From contig CALJDK010000109.1 of the NCBI GenBank assembly GCA_938023735.1, positions 11,125 through 75,124 of the forward strand: a DNA stretch of 64,000 bases, written 5' to 3'. This DNA is from an uncultured Acidimicrobiales bacterium (lineage in GTDB: Bacteria > Actinomycetota > Acidimicrobiia > Acidimicrobiales > SHLQ01). The translations under genes and the position numbers were made by a program. Below the pieces are notes generated by a model. That model had not been told where the DNA came from. It ran no database searches and was given only the letters and a program-made list of their open reading frames with translations. Positions within the stretch are counted from its first letter, which is position 1; each line of letters starts with the position of its first letter. Positions 7,081 to 16,997 of the stretch are shown here, one piece after another.

Positions 7081-9405
7081 GTGAGCACCACTGGCCAAAC
7101 GCACCCCATCGACGAGACCGAGCCCTACACAGGGTTCGATGGCGAGATCGCAACAACGGTTGCCCGGTCGACCCCCGACTGGCCCCAGCGCCCGACTCCT
7201 CCCGCTGGCGCTCCGAACATCGTGGTCATCATGGCCGACGATATGGGTTTCTCTGATCTGGGTTGTTATGGCTCCGAAATTCCCACGCCCACTATCGACA
7301 AACTTGCGGCCGAGGGTGTCCGCTACACCAACTTCCACGTCAATCCCATGTGTTCGCCCACCCGTGCGTCGCTGCTTACCGGACTCAACGCCCACGACGC
7401 CGGCATGGGGTTCGTCGCTGAAGCCGACCCCGGATTCCCCGGCTATGCAATGGAGCTCACCCGCAACTGCGCCACGTTGGCCGAGGTGCTGCGCGACAAC
7501 GGCTACAGCACCTTCATGTCGGGCAAGTGGCACCTGTGCCGAGTGCAGGACAAGAACGCTGCGGGCGACAAGAACTCGTGGCCGGTGCAGCGAGGCTTCG
7601 ATGAGTTCTACGGAATCCTCAACGGTTTCACGAACCTGTGGCACCCCGACCGACTTATCGAGGGCAACAGCATGGTCAACATCGACCAGTACCCCGACGA
7701 CTACTACCTCACCGACGATCTCACCGACCGTGCCATCGAGATGATCCGCAACACCAAGGCGGCAAACCCCGCGAAGCCGTTCTTCCTCTATATGGCGCAT
7801 CCGGCTGTGCATGCGCCGCTGCACGCCAAGGCCGAGGACATCGCTCGATTCAAAGGTTGGTACGACCAAGGCTGGGATGCGCTGCGCGAATCGCGCTTTG
7901 CGAAGCAGAAGGAGCTCGGCATCCTTCCGCAGGCCGACCTGCCGCCCCGCAACTACGAGGAAGGCCAACACGTCGAAGCGTGGGACGACCTCAGCGACAC
8001 CCAGCGCGAGGTGTACGCCCGGTACATGGAGGTCTACGCGGCCATGGTCGACAGTGTCGATCAAAGTACCGCCCGGCTTCTCGCTGCAATCGAGCAGCTC
8101 GGCGAACTCGACAACACCATCATCTTGTTCACCAGCGACAACGGAGCGTCCCGCGAGGGGGAAGAGCAGGGCAGCACGCAGTACTACGAGGTGTTGCCTC
8201 CCCGCATGGTCTACGACGTGCAACGCGACCACGACGTGCTCGATCTCATCGGTGGGCCTCGAACCCTCCCCCACTATCCGCGGGGCTGGGCGATGGCCTG
8301 CAACACGCCGCTGCGGCTGTACAAGAAAGCCACCCATGCCGGCGGACATCAGGTTCCGATGATCATGCGTTGGCCCGAGCGAATCGCCGACGCTGGCGGA
8401 CTCCGCGACCAGTACACCCACATCACCGATGTCATGCCCACGCTGTTCGAACTCATTGGTGTCGAGCGCCCTGGCGTGCGAAACGGTCGGGTTATGAAAC
8501 CGCTGGCTGGCCAGAGCTTTGCTGCCACGCTCGACGATGCCGCTGCCCCGACTCGCCACAACGAGCAGTATTACGAGCTTGCCGGGAGCCGCAGTCTGTA
8601 TCGCGATGGCTGGGAGGCGGTTACCGATCATCTTCCCCAAACCAACTTCAGCGACGAGAAGTGGGAGCTGTTCGATATTGATGCCGACCCGTCGCAGGCC
8701 CACGATCTTGCCGACGAACATCCGGAGAAACTCGCCGAACTTCAGCAAGCGTGGGACGAAGCCGCCGACCGCTACCAGGTGAAGCCGCTCGACGAGGGCT
8801 CATGGCTCATGATGAGCCAGCGGCCAGAGTCCGACAACGTCTTTCGCGAACCCCTCACCGTCTACCCGGGTACACCCTCGCTCGAACACTGGCGGGCTGG
8901 CGTGCTGGTAGGGCTGCGTGAATGGACCGCCACCGTCAGCCTTGATTTTGCATCGGGCGACGAAGGTGTGCTCATCGCTCACGGCGACCAGGGCGGCGGG
9001 TACTCGATGTGGATCGAAAACGATGAGCTGGTGTTCTGCTCGAATGACTTCGGCGCAATGCGCACGGTTTCGGGCGGCACGGTTCCCGACGGAACCACCG
9101 AGATCCGGCTGGAAACATTCAACGACGGCCACTGGAAGTTCGGCGTTCGACTGGTGGTCGATGGCACCGAGGTCGGTACCGATACCGGCTTTGGGTCGTT
9201 TGTGGGAATCGCACCGTTCCAGGGCATCGACGTCGGTATCGATCGACGATCGCCGGTGTCGTGGGATCTCCACGAGCGCCGCGGTACCTTCCCCTACACC
9301 GGCACGCTCCACTACGCCCGCTGGGATCCCGGCGACCACAACACTGGTATGGAAGGCGACGAGTTGGTAGCCATGCTCCGCTCAATCGGCGAAAAGTACG
9401 ACTAA
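7081..9405 (+). CDS. Arylsulfatase (AtsA-like, Cys-type formylglycine sulfatase with a C-terminal extension)
   Basis: NIVVIMADDMGFSDLGCYG, the sulfatase signature CSPTRASLLTG, and FTSDNG. The start is uncertain: the GTG at 7081 is preferred because the ORF-track start at 6979 overlaps the divergent P450 start. Confidence 0.85.
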   Translation: MSTTGQTHPIDETEPYTGFDGEIATTVARSTPDWPQRPTPPAGAPNIVVIMADDMGFSDLGCYGSEIPTPTIDKLAAEGVRYTNFHVNPMCSPTRASLLTGLNAHDAGMGFVAEADPGFPGYAMELTRNCATLAEVLRDNGYSTFMSGKWHLCRVQDKNAAGDKNSWPVQRGFDEFYGILNGFTNLWHPDRLIEGNSMVNIDQYPDDYYLTDDLTDRAIEMIRNTKAANPAKPFFLYMAHPAVHAPLHAKAEDIARFKGWYDQGWDALRESRFAKQKELGILPQADLPPRNYEEGQHVEAWDDLSDTQREVYARYMEVYAAMVDSVDQSTARLLAAIEQLGELDNTIILFTSDNGASREGEEQGSTQYYEVLPPRMVYDVQRDHDVLDLIGGPRTLPHYPRGWAMACNTPLRLYKKATHAGGHQVPMIMRWPERIADAGGLRDQYTHITDVMPTLFELIGVERPGVRNGRVMKPLAGQSFAATLDDAAAPTRHNEQYYELAGSRSLYRDGWEAVTDHLPQTNFSDEKWELFDIDADPSQAHDLADEHPEKLAELQQAWDEAADRYQVKPLDEGSWLMMSQRPESDNVFREPLTVYPGTPSLEHWRAGVLVGLREWTATVSLDFASGDEGVLIAHGDQGGGYSMWIENDELVFCSNDFGAMRTVSGGTVPDGTTEIRLETFNDGHWKFGVRLVVDGTEVGTDTGFGSFVGIAPFQGIDVGIDRRSPVSWDLHERRGTFPYTGTLHYARWDPGDHNTGMEGDELVAMLRSIGEKYD

Positions 9406-9467
9406 CTCCCCTTCCCCAAACCGTTGCAAACACCGTGGTGCCAGGACGCCGTTGCAGCGATTGCGGG

Positions 9468-10448
9468 CTAGATCGCCTGTGGTGTGCCGGTGGTGAAGGC
9501 TGCCCGGTAGGCGGTTGGGGTGGTGCCCATGGCCCTTCGGAAGTGCTGCCGCATATTGGTTGCCGTGCCAAAACCTGCGTGGCTGGCGACGTGTTCGATA
9601 GTGGCATTGGTCGTTTCGAGGAGCTGTCGTGCCCGAGCAACGCGCAGAGAAATGATCCACTGCTGCGGGGTTGAACCGACGGCATCTTTGAACCACCGGT
9701 GAAACGACGTCACGCTCATTCCACATGCTGCCGCGAGTTCAGGGATAGGCAGGGCCTCGTGGAGTCGCTCCTGAACAACCTGTTGCAGCGCGTCGATGGT
9801 GGGAGCGCTTTGTGTGGGCTTTGGTGGGTCGACGAATTGCCGCTGGTCACCCGGACGATGGGCCGGAAACACCAGCCGCCGGGCCACGATATTTACCGCT
9901 TCCTCGCCATGGTCGAGTCGCACCAGATGCAGCGCAAGATCGAGAGCCGCTGCGCTGCCGGCTGCAGAAAAGAACGGTCCATCCGATACGTACAACACCT
10001 CACCCTCGACCTCGACCTTCGGAAATCGGGTGCGGAGTTCGGCGGCGTATCGCCAGTGGGTGGCTGCTCGACGCCCGTCGAGCAGACCGGTTTCAGCAAG
10101 GAGAAGCGAACCGCTGCAGAAGGTAACCATCCGAGCCCCATTTCGGTGGGCTTCGCGCAACACGTCGAGAACCTCAGGGTCTGCGCCGTTGGCGGGATTG
10201 GGATGGCCCGGCACGATCACGGTGTCCATATCGGCCAACGCTGCGGTGGGCGAGGTCGGGGTAAGGGTGAAGAAACCCTGACGCATCTGAACCGGGCCCG
10301 GCCCGCAGACCTCGAGGTGGTAGGGCCGTCCCGGAAGCTCCGGGCGATCAAGGCCAAAGACCTCCGTAGCAACGCCCATTTCAAACGGGTTGGTGTCGGC
10401 GACAACCAAAACGCCGACACGATGCGGTTGGCAGGATTCTTTCGACAT
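9468..10448 (-). CDS. GlxA-family transcriptional regulator (DJ-1/PfpI-like domain + AraC-type HTH)
   Basis: N-terminal VGVLVVADTNPFE...FCSGSLLLA (GATase1-like domain). C-terminal AraC HTH (ELAAACGMSVTSFHRWFK...IEHVASHAGFGTATNMRQHFRR). Confidence 0.8.
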   Translation of the reverse strand: MSKESCQPHRVGVLVVADTNPFEMGVATEVFGLDRPELPGRPYHLEVCGPGPVQMRQGFFTLTPTSPTAALADMDTVIVPGHPNPANGADPEVLDVLREAHRNGARMVTFCSGSLLLAETGLLDGRRAATHWRYAAELRTRFPKVEVEGEVLYVSDGPFFSAAGSAAALDLALHLVRLDHGEEAVNIVARRLVFPAHRPGDQRQFVDPPKPTQSAPTIDALQQVVQERLHEALPIPELAAACGMSVTSFHRWFKDAVGSTPQQWIISLRVARARQLLETTNATIEHVASHAGFGTATNMRQHFRRAMGTTPTAYRAAFTTGTPQAI

Positions 10449-10612
10449 TATGCATTTCTACCACTCGTCACCCTTGATTGGTCATGGTTGGCTTGAGTCA
10501 TGTCCGAGAAAATCGAAAGTCCGCTGCTCGTAGAGCCGACCGGAACAACCAACACCGGCACTACCGATGCCGAACTTCCCGACTACATCAGCACCACCGC
10601 TGGAGTCGACCT

Positions 10613-11155
10613 ATGAACCAACCGCAACCGCCCCCGGCAGAGGCCGACGACAAAGACTGGACTTGGGTCCTAGAGCGACCGTGCCCTGACTGCGGCGCCG
10701 ACGTCGGTGATCTCACCGTTGCTGAAGTCGCCACCCTCAACCGCGACATAGCAGCCGGGTTTGCCGAGGTTCTTCATACCCGGCCCGACGTTGCTTCAAG
10801 GCCGTCGCCCGAAACCTGGAGTCCGCTGGAGTATGCGGCGCACGTCCGCGATGTGTTTCGGCTGTTCAGCACCCGGCTCGAACTCATGCTCACCGAAGAA
10901 AATCCCGAGTTCGCCAACTGGAACCCGAACGAGACTCAAGAGGCAGAGCGCTACGACCTGCTCGATCCCGAGGTTGTCGCCGAAGAACTCGTTGCCGACG
11001 CCGAGGCCTTAGCCGTCAGATTCGAAGGTCTCAGCGACGACCAACTGACTCGACAAGGACGCCGCTCCGATGGCGCCTTGTTCACCATCTTGTCGTTTGC
11101 TCGCTACGAGATTCACGACCCCATCCACCACCTTTGGGACATTCGGGCCAACTGA
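10613..11155 (+). CDS. DinB_2/MDMPI-like metal-binding family protein
   Basis: The WSPLEYAAHVRDV...IHDPIHHLWD histidine pattern is typical of the DinB-like fold. The ATG at 10613 is preferred over the Arg/His-rich extension starting at 10478. Confidence 0.5.
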   Translation: MNQPQPPPAEADDKDWTWVLERPCPDCGADVGDLTVAEVATLNRDIAAGFAEVLHTRPDVASRPSPETWSPLEYAAHVRDVFRLFSTRLELMLTEENPEFANWNPNETQEAERYDLLDPEVVAEELVADAEALAVRFEGLSDDQLTRQGRRSDGALFTILSFARYEIHDPIHHLWDIRAN

Positions 11156-11184
11156 CGATCCGCCCGACTGCCTACGCTGTCCCG

Positions 11185-12341
11185 ATGGACAGCAGCACAA
11201 CACGGCTCGATGCGAGTGCACTCGCTCAACTGGTTCGCAACGGAGACGCCACCCCGTTGGAATTGGTCGACGCCGCCATCGGTCGGGCCGAGGCGATCAA
11301 CCCAACGATCAACGCCATCATCCATCCCCGGTTCGAAAAAGCTCGCGCAGAAGCGACCAGCGAGCTGCCGGACGGTCCGTTTCGACGGCGGTTGCGTCCG
11401 GCATCGTCCCGGTTGGTCACGCCACCGATGGTGGTGGATCGATCCGCATTCCGGCAGCGCATTGTGGCCTTGTGGGGCTCAAGCCATCGCGCGGTCGCAC
11501 ATCGAACGGACCGCTCAACGACGAGTGGGGCATCTCCTGCCAGCATGTTGTTTCGCATACCGTCCGCGACACGGCAGCGTTGCTCGACATCAGTGCCATA
11601 CCGTTTGCCTCCGACGGGGTGGTGGCCCCGGCCACCGGACAGCCTTACGTCGAGCAGGTAGGCCGTGACCCCGGGCCACTACGTATTGGATTCATGGCCC
11701 ACCATGTGCGGGTCGATGTTCACCCCGACTGCGCGTCGCTCGTCGAACAAACCGCCGCACTACTCGAATCGCTCGGCCACCACGTCGAGCAGGCCAACCC
11801 TGCCCCGCTGGATGACCCCGAGGTGAAGGCGTCGTACAGCGGTCTTGTTCCGGCGCAAACGGCGAACACGCTCGACAACGTCGCAGCATGGATCGGACGC
11901 GAACTCACCGCCGAGGACGTCGAGCCAGGAACCTGGGCCTTGGCCCAGGCCGGACGCTCCCTCAGCGGACCAGCCGTCGCGGCGTCCTACGACGGCATGC
12001 ACCGATTCCGGCGCTCGATGCTCGACTGGTGGGACACAGGCTTCGACATTCTGCTCACACCCACCACGGCCAGCCTGCCCTCGCCGCTCGGCGACATGGT
12101 GCCAACCAGCGATGAACCGATGCGTGGCCAGATGCGCTCGATTCCTCACGCCGTGTTCACTTCGGCGTTCAACATCACCGGCCAGCCCGGAATCTCGCTT
12201 CCACTTGGTAGCAGCGATGGGCTACCGCTCGGCGTGCAACTCGTTGCCGGCTACGGACGCGAAGATCGACTCATCGCACTGGCATCGCAGATCGAGGCCG
12301 CCACTCCGTGGGCCGACAAGCGGTCGCCGCTAGACCCCTAG
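11185..12341 (+). pseudogene. Amidase (amidase-signature family) with an internal out-of-frame deletion
   Basis: The N-terminal 66 aa (MDSSTTRLDASALAQLV...ELPDGPFR) read in one frame. From about 11385 the protein continues in another frame as AVASGIVPVGHATDGGGSIRIPAAHCGLVGLKPSRG... to the stop at 12341. The roughly 100 aa that normally lie between GPF(R/H)GVP..KD and GGSSGGSAAAV are absent. Confidence 0.6.
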
Positions 12342-12370
12342 ACCTCTAGACCCCGAAGTCTTGCGTGACG

Positions 12371-13546
12371 TCAGCCGTCTGCGCCCAGAATGAGGCCACT
12401 CGTCGGCACACCGGCGCCGCCGGTCACCACAGTGTTCTCAACGTTTGCTACTTGATTCACCGCGGTGCCCCGGATCTGACGCACTCCTTCGGCGACACCG
12501 TTCATTCCGTGGATGTACGCCTCGCCCAATTGACCGCCGTGAGTATTGATGGGCAACCGACCGCCAAGCTCGACGTTGCCATCGCGCACGAAGTCCTTCG
12601 CCTCACCACGTCCGCAGAAGCCAAACGACTCAAGCTGCATCAGAACATAGGGGGTGAAGTGGTCATAGATAATCGCCGTCGGGATGTCGGCAGGCGAAAG
12701 CTGGGCGTCGGCCCACAACTGATCAGCAACCAATGTCATCTCTTCGAGGTGCCCAATGTCGTCGCCGTAGTAGGCCGTCATCATCGCTGTGGGTGCCGCG
12801 ATCCCTTGCGCCGCTGCCTTAATGATTGCGGGCTTTTGCGGAAGGTCACGAGCCCGTTCGGCCGAGACGATCACCAAAGCCTGACCACCATCGCTCTCCT
12901 GACAGCAGTCGAGAAGGCGTAGCGGCTCGGCAATCCAGCGACTCTCGGCATGGTCAGCCAACGTGATTGGCCGTTCGTAGAACCATGCCTTCGGGTTGGT
13001 AGCCGCATGGCGTCGAGCGGCCACGGCCACGGCCCCGAGCGCTTCGGTCGTGGCCCCAGAGTCGTGCATGTAGCGTCGGGCGGTCATGGCCGCCCACTGC
13101 GCCGGGGTAACGATTCCGTGCGGGGTGTACCAGGCGTAGCCGGCATTCTCCGCCGATGGCTCAGTGCCGCGATCTTGCACGCCAGCACCGAAACGACGTC
13201 CGGAGCGTTCGTTGAATGCCCGGTAGCAGACCACAACATCGGCTACGCCGGTGGCAACGGCCATGGCCGCCTGCAGCACCACCGCGCCAGGTGCGCCACC
13301 GCCAAAGTTCACCCGACCGAAGTAGGTGATGTTGCCCATCCCGAGAGCTCGGGCTACCTCGGTCTCGGGGTTCTTCTCCATCGTGTAGGTAACGAGTCCG
13401 TCGACATCGGCGGGGGTTAGTCCGGCGTCGTTGAGGGCGGCGAGGACCGACTCGGCGGCAAGCTGTAGCTCGCTTCGACCGGAGTCTTTCGAGAACTCGG
13501 TGGCGCCGATACCGGCGATTGCGGTCTTTCCCGACAGCATGCTCAT
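12371..13546 (-). CDS. Thiolase-fold lipid-transfer protein (SCP-x type; Ltp2-like retro-aldolase candidate)
   Basis: GKTAIAGIGATEFSKDSGRSELQLA N-terminus and the C-terminal NTHGGQLGEAYIHGMN block. Its ATGA overlap with the upstream MaoC gene gives the same gene order as Rv3542c-Rv3541c-Rv3540c. Confidence 0.75.
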   Translation of the reverse strand: MSMLSGKTAIAGIGATEFSKDSGRSELQLAAESVLAALNDAGLTPADVDGLVTYTMEKNPETEVARALGMGNITYFGRVNFGGGAPGAVVLQAAMAVATGVADVVVCYRAFNERSGRRFGAGVQDRGTEPSAENAGYAWYTPHGIVTPAQWAAMTARRYMHDSGATTEALGAVAVAARRHAATNPKAWFYERPITLADHAESRWIAEPLRLLDCCQESDGGQALVIVSAERARDLPQKPAIIKAAAQGIAAPTAMMTAYYGDDIGHLEEMTLVADQLWADAQLSPADIPTAIIYDHFTPYVLMQLESFGFCGRGEAKDFVRDGNVELGGRLPINTHGGQLGEAYIHGMNGVAEGVRQIRGTAVNQVANVENTVVTGGAGVPTSGLILGADG

Positions 13547-14004
13547 CGTTGATCTCCCGAATCGGCAACGGCGCTAAGGCTCAGGGTTACCGAGCCGCTG
13601 GCATGCGATCCTCGTGCCGTCGTGCCATCGATCGATACCGTCACTACGCCATCCGCCGATTCGGTGACCGTGCCGGTGAAGGTGAGGGTGTCGCCGGGGT
13701 GAGCAGGCATACCCAGTCGGATTGCAGTCTTGTTGATGCGAGCGTGTGGCCCGGCCCAATCGGTGACAAACCGGTTCACCAAACCCGTGGTGGTGAGGAT
13801 GTTCAGAAAGATGTCGGGCGCACCCCGCTTCACCGCGGCTTCATGGTCGTGGTGAACATCCTGGTAATCGCGAGTGGCGATAGCGGCCGCGATGACAAAG
13901 GTGCGGTCGATAGCAATCTCGAGAGGAGGGAGCTCATCGTCGATGGCGACCTCGCTGGCCTGAAGCGGCGGACGAAGTGAACTCGAACTGGTCTCACTAG
14001 TCAC
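13543..14004 (-). CDS. MaoC-like (R)-hydratase hot-dog protein (ChsH1-like)
   Basis: ATRDYQDVHHDHEAAVKRGAPDIFLNILTT hydratase motif region. It shows 4-nt overlaps with both neighbouring genes. Confidence 0.7.
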   Translation of the reverse strand: MTSETSSSSLRPPLQASEVAIDDELPPLEIAIDRTFVIAAAIATRDYQDVHHDHEAAVKRGAPDIFLNILTTTGLVNRFVTDWAGPHARINKTAIRLGMPAHPGDTLTFTGTVTESADGVVTVSIDGTTARGSHASGSVTLSLSAVADSGDQR

Positions 14005-14993
14005 TGTGAACTCCCTTCAGCAAGAACGAAATGGGGCATGACAAGGTCGTCTTCCTGCTTTCGGTACCGCACTTCCACCGGCAAACCAATAGCGACGTCT
14101 TCCCGGTCGGTGTCGGGCATTTCGGCCACGAATCGAACGCCCTCCTCCAGGTCGACCAGCGCAACAACTAGCGGGTAATCAAACGCCGGTACCTGTGGGT
14201 GATGGTTCACCACGAAGCTATGGATAGTGCCGCGGCCCGACATCGCGACAGTGCTCCAATCGAACGATTGGCAGGCGCCGCACGCTGGCGATGGTGGGTG
14301 TCGAAGCGTGCCGCAGCTGTCGCACTTCTGGATCCGAAGTTCGCCAGCAAGAGTTCCCTCGAAAAAGAAGGCGTTGTCACGATTGATGGCCGGGCGTGGA
14401 CGCGGCGGCCGGTCAGAATCTCCACCGGCTTGACCGCCAGATCCTCGGTTCTTCGGAGCAAATCGAAACAGCCGCCACCGCTGTCGACCAATCAGCTCGC
14501 CATCTCCCAGCGGGTCCGGTGAGGCCGTAAACGACATGACCGTGGTGATGAAGTGTCCTCGACCAAGCCCGGTGTCTTTGACATCTGAAACCGATTCGAT
14601 GACCTCCGATGTCGTTATCCAGTCGCCGGGTACCGCATCGCCAAGGTACTCCTGCTCGCAATTAGTGGCCACGACCGAGGTGAATCCGGCGTCGTCGAGC
14701 AGCGCGAAGAGTTCCTTCCTTGGATCCTGGGTCGTCGACTTCGACGTTCCACCCAGACCTGCCATCGACCAGACCTGAAGCATCGCCGGAGGGGCAATCA
14801 CCGACGAGCGGCCGGTTGCCATCGATGCGTCGTCGTCGACGTAGATCGGGTTGGTGTCGCCTATCGCATCGATCCACGAGCGAATGTCCGACGGAGCGAT
14901 TGGGTCGCGCGATTGACGACTAGGGCCGCAACTCTTCCCGGCGAAAGGATCGAGCTGCTCGCGAGTAAGACCAGGATGCTCGTCTTGAGACAT
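14001..14993 (-). CDS. MaoC_N-type hot-dog domain fused to a DUF35 Zn-ribbon/OB domain (ChsH2-like)
   Basis: N-terminal hot-dog domain, then a Gly/Pro linker. The C-terminus carries a CDSCGTLRHPPSPACGACQS zinc ribbon plus an OB fold (DUF35), the architecture described for ChsH2. Confidence 0.7.
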   Translation of the reverse strand: MSQDEHPGLTREQLDPFAGKSCGPSRQSRDPIAPSDIRSWIDAIGDTNPIYVDDDASMATGRSSVIAPPAMLQVWSMAGLGGTSKSTTQDPRKELFALLDDAGFTSVVATNCEQEYLGDAVPGDWITTSEVIESVSDVKDTGLGRGHFITTVMSFTASPDPLGDGELIGRQRWRLFRFAPKNRGSGGQAGGDSDRPPRPRPAINRDNAFFFEGTLAGELRIQKCDSCGTLRHPPSPACGACQSFDWSTVAMSGRGTIHSFVVNHHPQVPAFDYPLVVALVDLEEGVRFVAEMPDTDREDVAIGLPVEVRYRKQEDDLVMPHFVLAEGSSQ

Positions 14994-15063
14994 ACGGCAT
15001 CAAAGCAAAAAGTTCGACAGCCGTCCAAAGCCGTTCGCCGGCAAAAGGAGGACTGCGGGGTCG

Positions 15064-15804
15064 TCAGCTGAGCAAGGTTGGGTCGGCTCGGAGCTCGACT
15101 CGCACTGCGGCTTCCCAGAATCCGATAAAGCCGTTGCCGTCACTTTGGCTGACGCGACTGAGCAGGCTATCGGGGAGCTTGGATTGCAGCGGGCCGTCGG
15201 TGATCGCCCGGGCGTGCCATGCCCGCTGGCAGCGCTGTTCGAGGGCGACGGCTCGTTGGTGCACGGCTCGTACGGTCGAGCCGAGCACGAACACGCCATG
15301 GCCGGCGAGCAGCGAAAGGTTGGCATCGCCAATGGTCTCGATAGCAGCCGCAGCCGAGTTCGAATCGTTCACCGGACCGTCGTATTCGTCCACCAAGAGC
15401 AGCTCGCCTCCGCCGCCCAGCATCGAGCTCTGATCCATGATTGGCGGCACCTCACCGATGTTTGCCCACACCGTGGCGTACAGCGGGTGGCTGTGCATTG
15501 CCACCTGCACATCCGGTCGAGCTTTGTGAAGTTCGAGATGAAGGGGAATACCCAGTGGCGCCGGCCAGTCGCCTTCAACGACGTTGCCGTCGAGGTCGAT
15601 GACGATAACGTGTTCCGGGCGCAGCTCTTCCCAATGCAACAGCCATGGGTTACACCACAACGTGCCGTCGCCTCGGTTGATGGTGATGTGCCCGGCGAGA
15701 TGATCGTCGTACCCCTCGCGCCATAAGGCACGAGCCAACAGCACCAGCTCTTCCTGCGGGGAGAGATCGGGAATGAGCTTGTCTGGTTTGGGTGAAAACG
15801 TCAT
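15064..15804 (-). CDS. Class II aldolase/adducin family protein
   Basis: GHITINRGDG..., HSHPLYAT and LLAGHGVFVLG motifs. The ATG at 15804 overlaps the upstream stop (ATGA). The 432-aa ORF-track form is an out-of-context extension. Confidence 0.75.
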   Translation of the reverse strand: MTFSPKPDKLIPDLSPQEELVLLARALWREGYDDHLAGHITINRGDGTLWCNPWLLHWEELRPEHVIVIDLDGNVVEGDWPAPLGIPLHLELHKARPDVQVAMHSHPLYATVWANIGEVPPIMDQSSMLGGGGELLLVDEYDGPVNDSNSAAAAIETIGDANLSLLAGHGVFVLGSTVRAVHQRAVALEQRCQRAWHARAITDGPLQSKLPDSLLSRVSQSDGNGFIGFWEAAVRVELRADPTLLS

Positions 15805-16997
15805 GAACGTGGCAGCACGATCTCGGGAAGCGGATGTCGGTAGAGCCTCGCGGCGTTCTCGCTGCACATCATCCGGAGCTCGTCGTTGGGAATATGGCCC
15901 CACGCGTCGCGAATGACCTGCTGGCTGGTTGGCCAGGTGCTGTCGCCGTGCGGGTAGTCGGTCTCGACACAGATGTTCTCGACGCCAATTCGGTGCCGAG
16001 CGTCGATGGTCGAGGGGTCGTCGATGGTGCAGAACCAGAAGTTGCGCTTGAGGATGTCGGACGGGCGATCGTCCCAGCCCAATCCATAGCCCGACCGGTC
16101 GATGATGTTGTCGAGGCGGTCGAGCAGCATCGGCACCCAGCCGATTCCACCCTCCGACATCGCAATCTTCAGGTTGGGAAACTTCACCGGGTACTCCGAC
16201 CACAGCCATTCGGTAGCTGCACCCAACGACAGCTGGCCGAACATTGTGGCGCCGATCTGCATGACCGGCGAGCCCGGGGGTGTTGGGTACATTCCGGCGC
16301 TCCCGACGTGCAGCGAGATCACCGTGTCGGTATCGGCGCAGGCCTGGATGATTGGGTCCCAAAAGTCACGATCCCACAGGCTTGGCAGATCGATTGCGTG
16401 CGGTCGCTCGGGCAAGGTGACCGAGGTAAAACCACGTGCGGCGTTGCGGTGGATCTCTTCCGCGGCCAACTGTGAGTCGCCGAGATAGGTAATGCCGCCC
16501 GGGATGATTCGCTCCGGGTACGGGAGGTACCACTCGTTGTAGAGCCAGTCGTTCCACGCTCGGGTGGCGTCGAGACCCGCTTCGGTATCTTTGGCGAACG
16601 AGAACACCCGCCCACAAAATCCCGTGATCTGGCTGGGGAAGTTGAGCTGAGCCCACACACCGCCCAAATCCATGTCGGCGATGCGGGCTTCGATGTCGTA
16701 GCAACCCGGCCGCATGTGTTCGAAACGGAAGGGCTCGAGCTTGACCGAGTCGGGACGACGGCCAGCGACTGCGTTCATACCGACCTGGGTGTAGATCTCG
16801 CCTTCGAACTTCCAGACCTCGTGGCCCTGATCGGTTTCGATGAGCTGCGGCCCGCGCTCGCGGATGGTTGGGTCCATGTACTCCGAGAACAAATGCGGAG
16901 GCTCAACAACATGATCATCGACCGAGATAATCGTGTAATGAACCTCGGCTGGATCAGGGTCGGGAAGGAACAGTTCGGGGTCAAGCGTCGAGCTCAC
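15801..16997 (-). CDS. Amidohydrolase_2 family protein (paralogue of 2494-3708)
   Basis: TIISVDDHVVEPPHLF, SLHVGSAG and TDYPHGDSTWP motifs, with the same block order as the 2494 gene. Confidence 0.8.
   Translation of the reverse strand: MSSTLDPELFLPDPDPAEVHYTIISVDDHVVEPPHLFSEYMDPTIRERGPQLIETDQGHEVWKFEGEIYTQVGMNAVAGRRPDSVKLEPFRFEHMRPGCYDIEARIADMDLGGVWAQLNFPSQITGFCGRVFSFAKDTEAGLDATRAWNDWLYNEWYLPYPERIIPGGITYLGDSQLAAEEIHRNAARGFTSVTLPERPHAIDLPSLWDRDFWDPIIQACADTDTVISLHVGSAGMYPTPPGSPVMQIGATMFGQLSLGAATEWLWSEYPVKFPNLKIAMSEGGIGWVPMLLDRLDNIIDRSGYGLGWDDRPSDILKRNFWFCTIDDPSTIDARHRIGVENICVETDYPHGDSTWPTSQQVIRDAWGHIPNDELRMMCSENAARLYRHPLPEIVLPRS

Noticed and set aside
7012-8748. 578-aa ORF antisense to the arylsulfatase gene. 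Similar long antisense or out-of-frame ORFs include 23153-24646 (-), 19613-20392 (+), 28589-29404 (-) and 15834-16475 (+).
   Set aside because: These are typical high-GC shadow ORFs. Their composition is Arg/Gly/Val/His-rich and low-complexity, they have no family motifs, and each fully overlaps a gene with clear family signatures on the other strand or frame.
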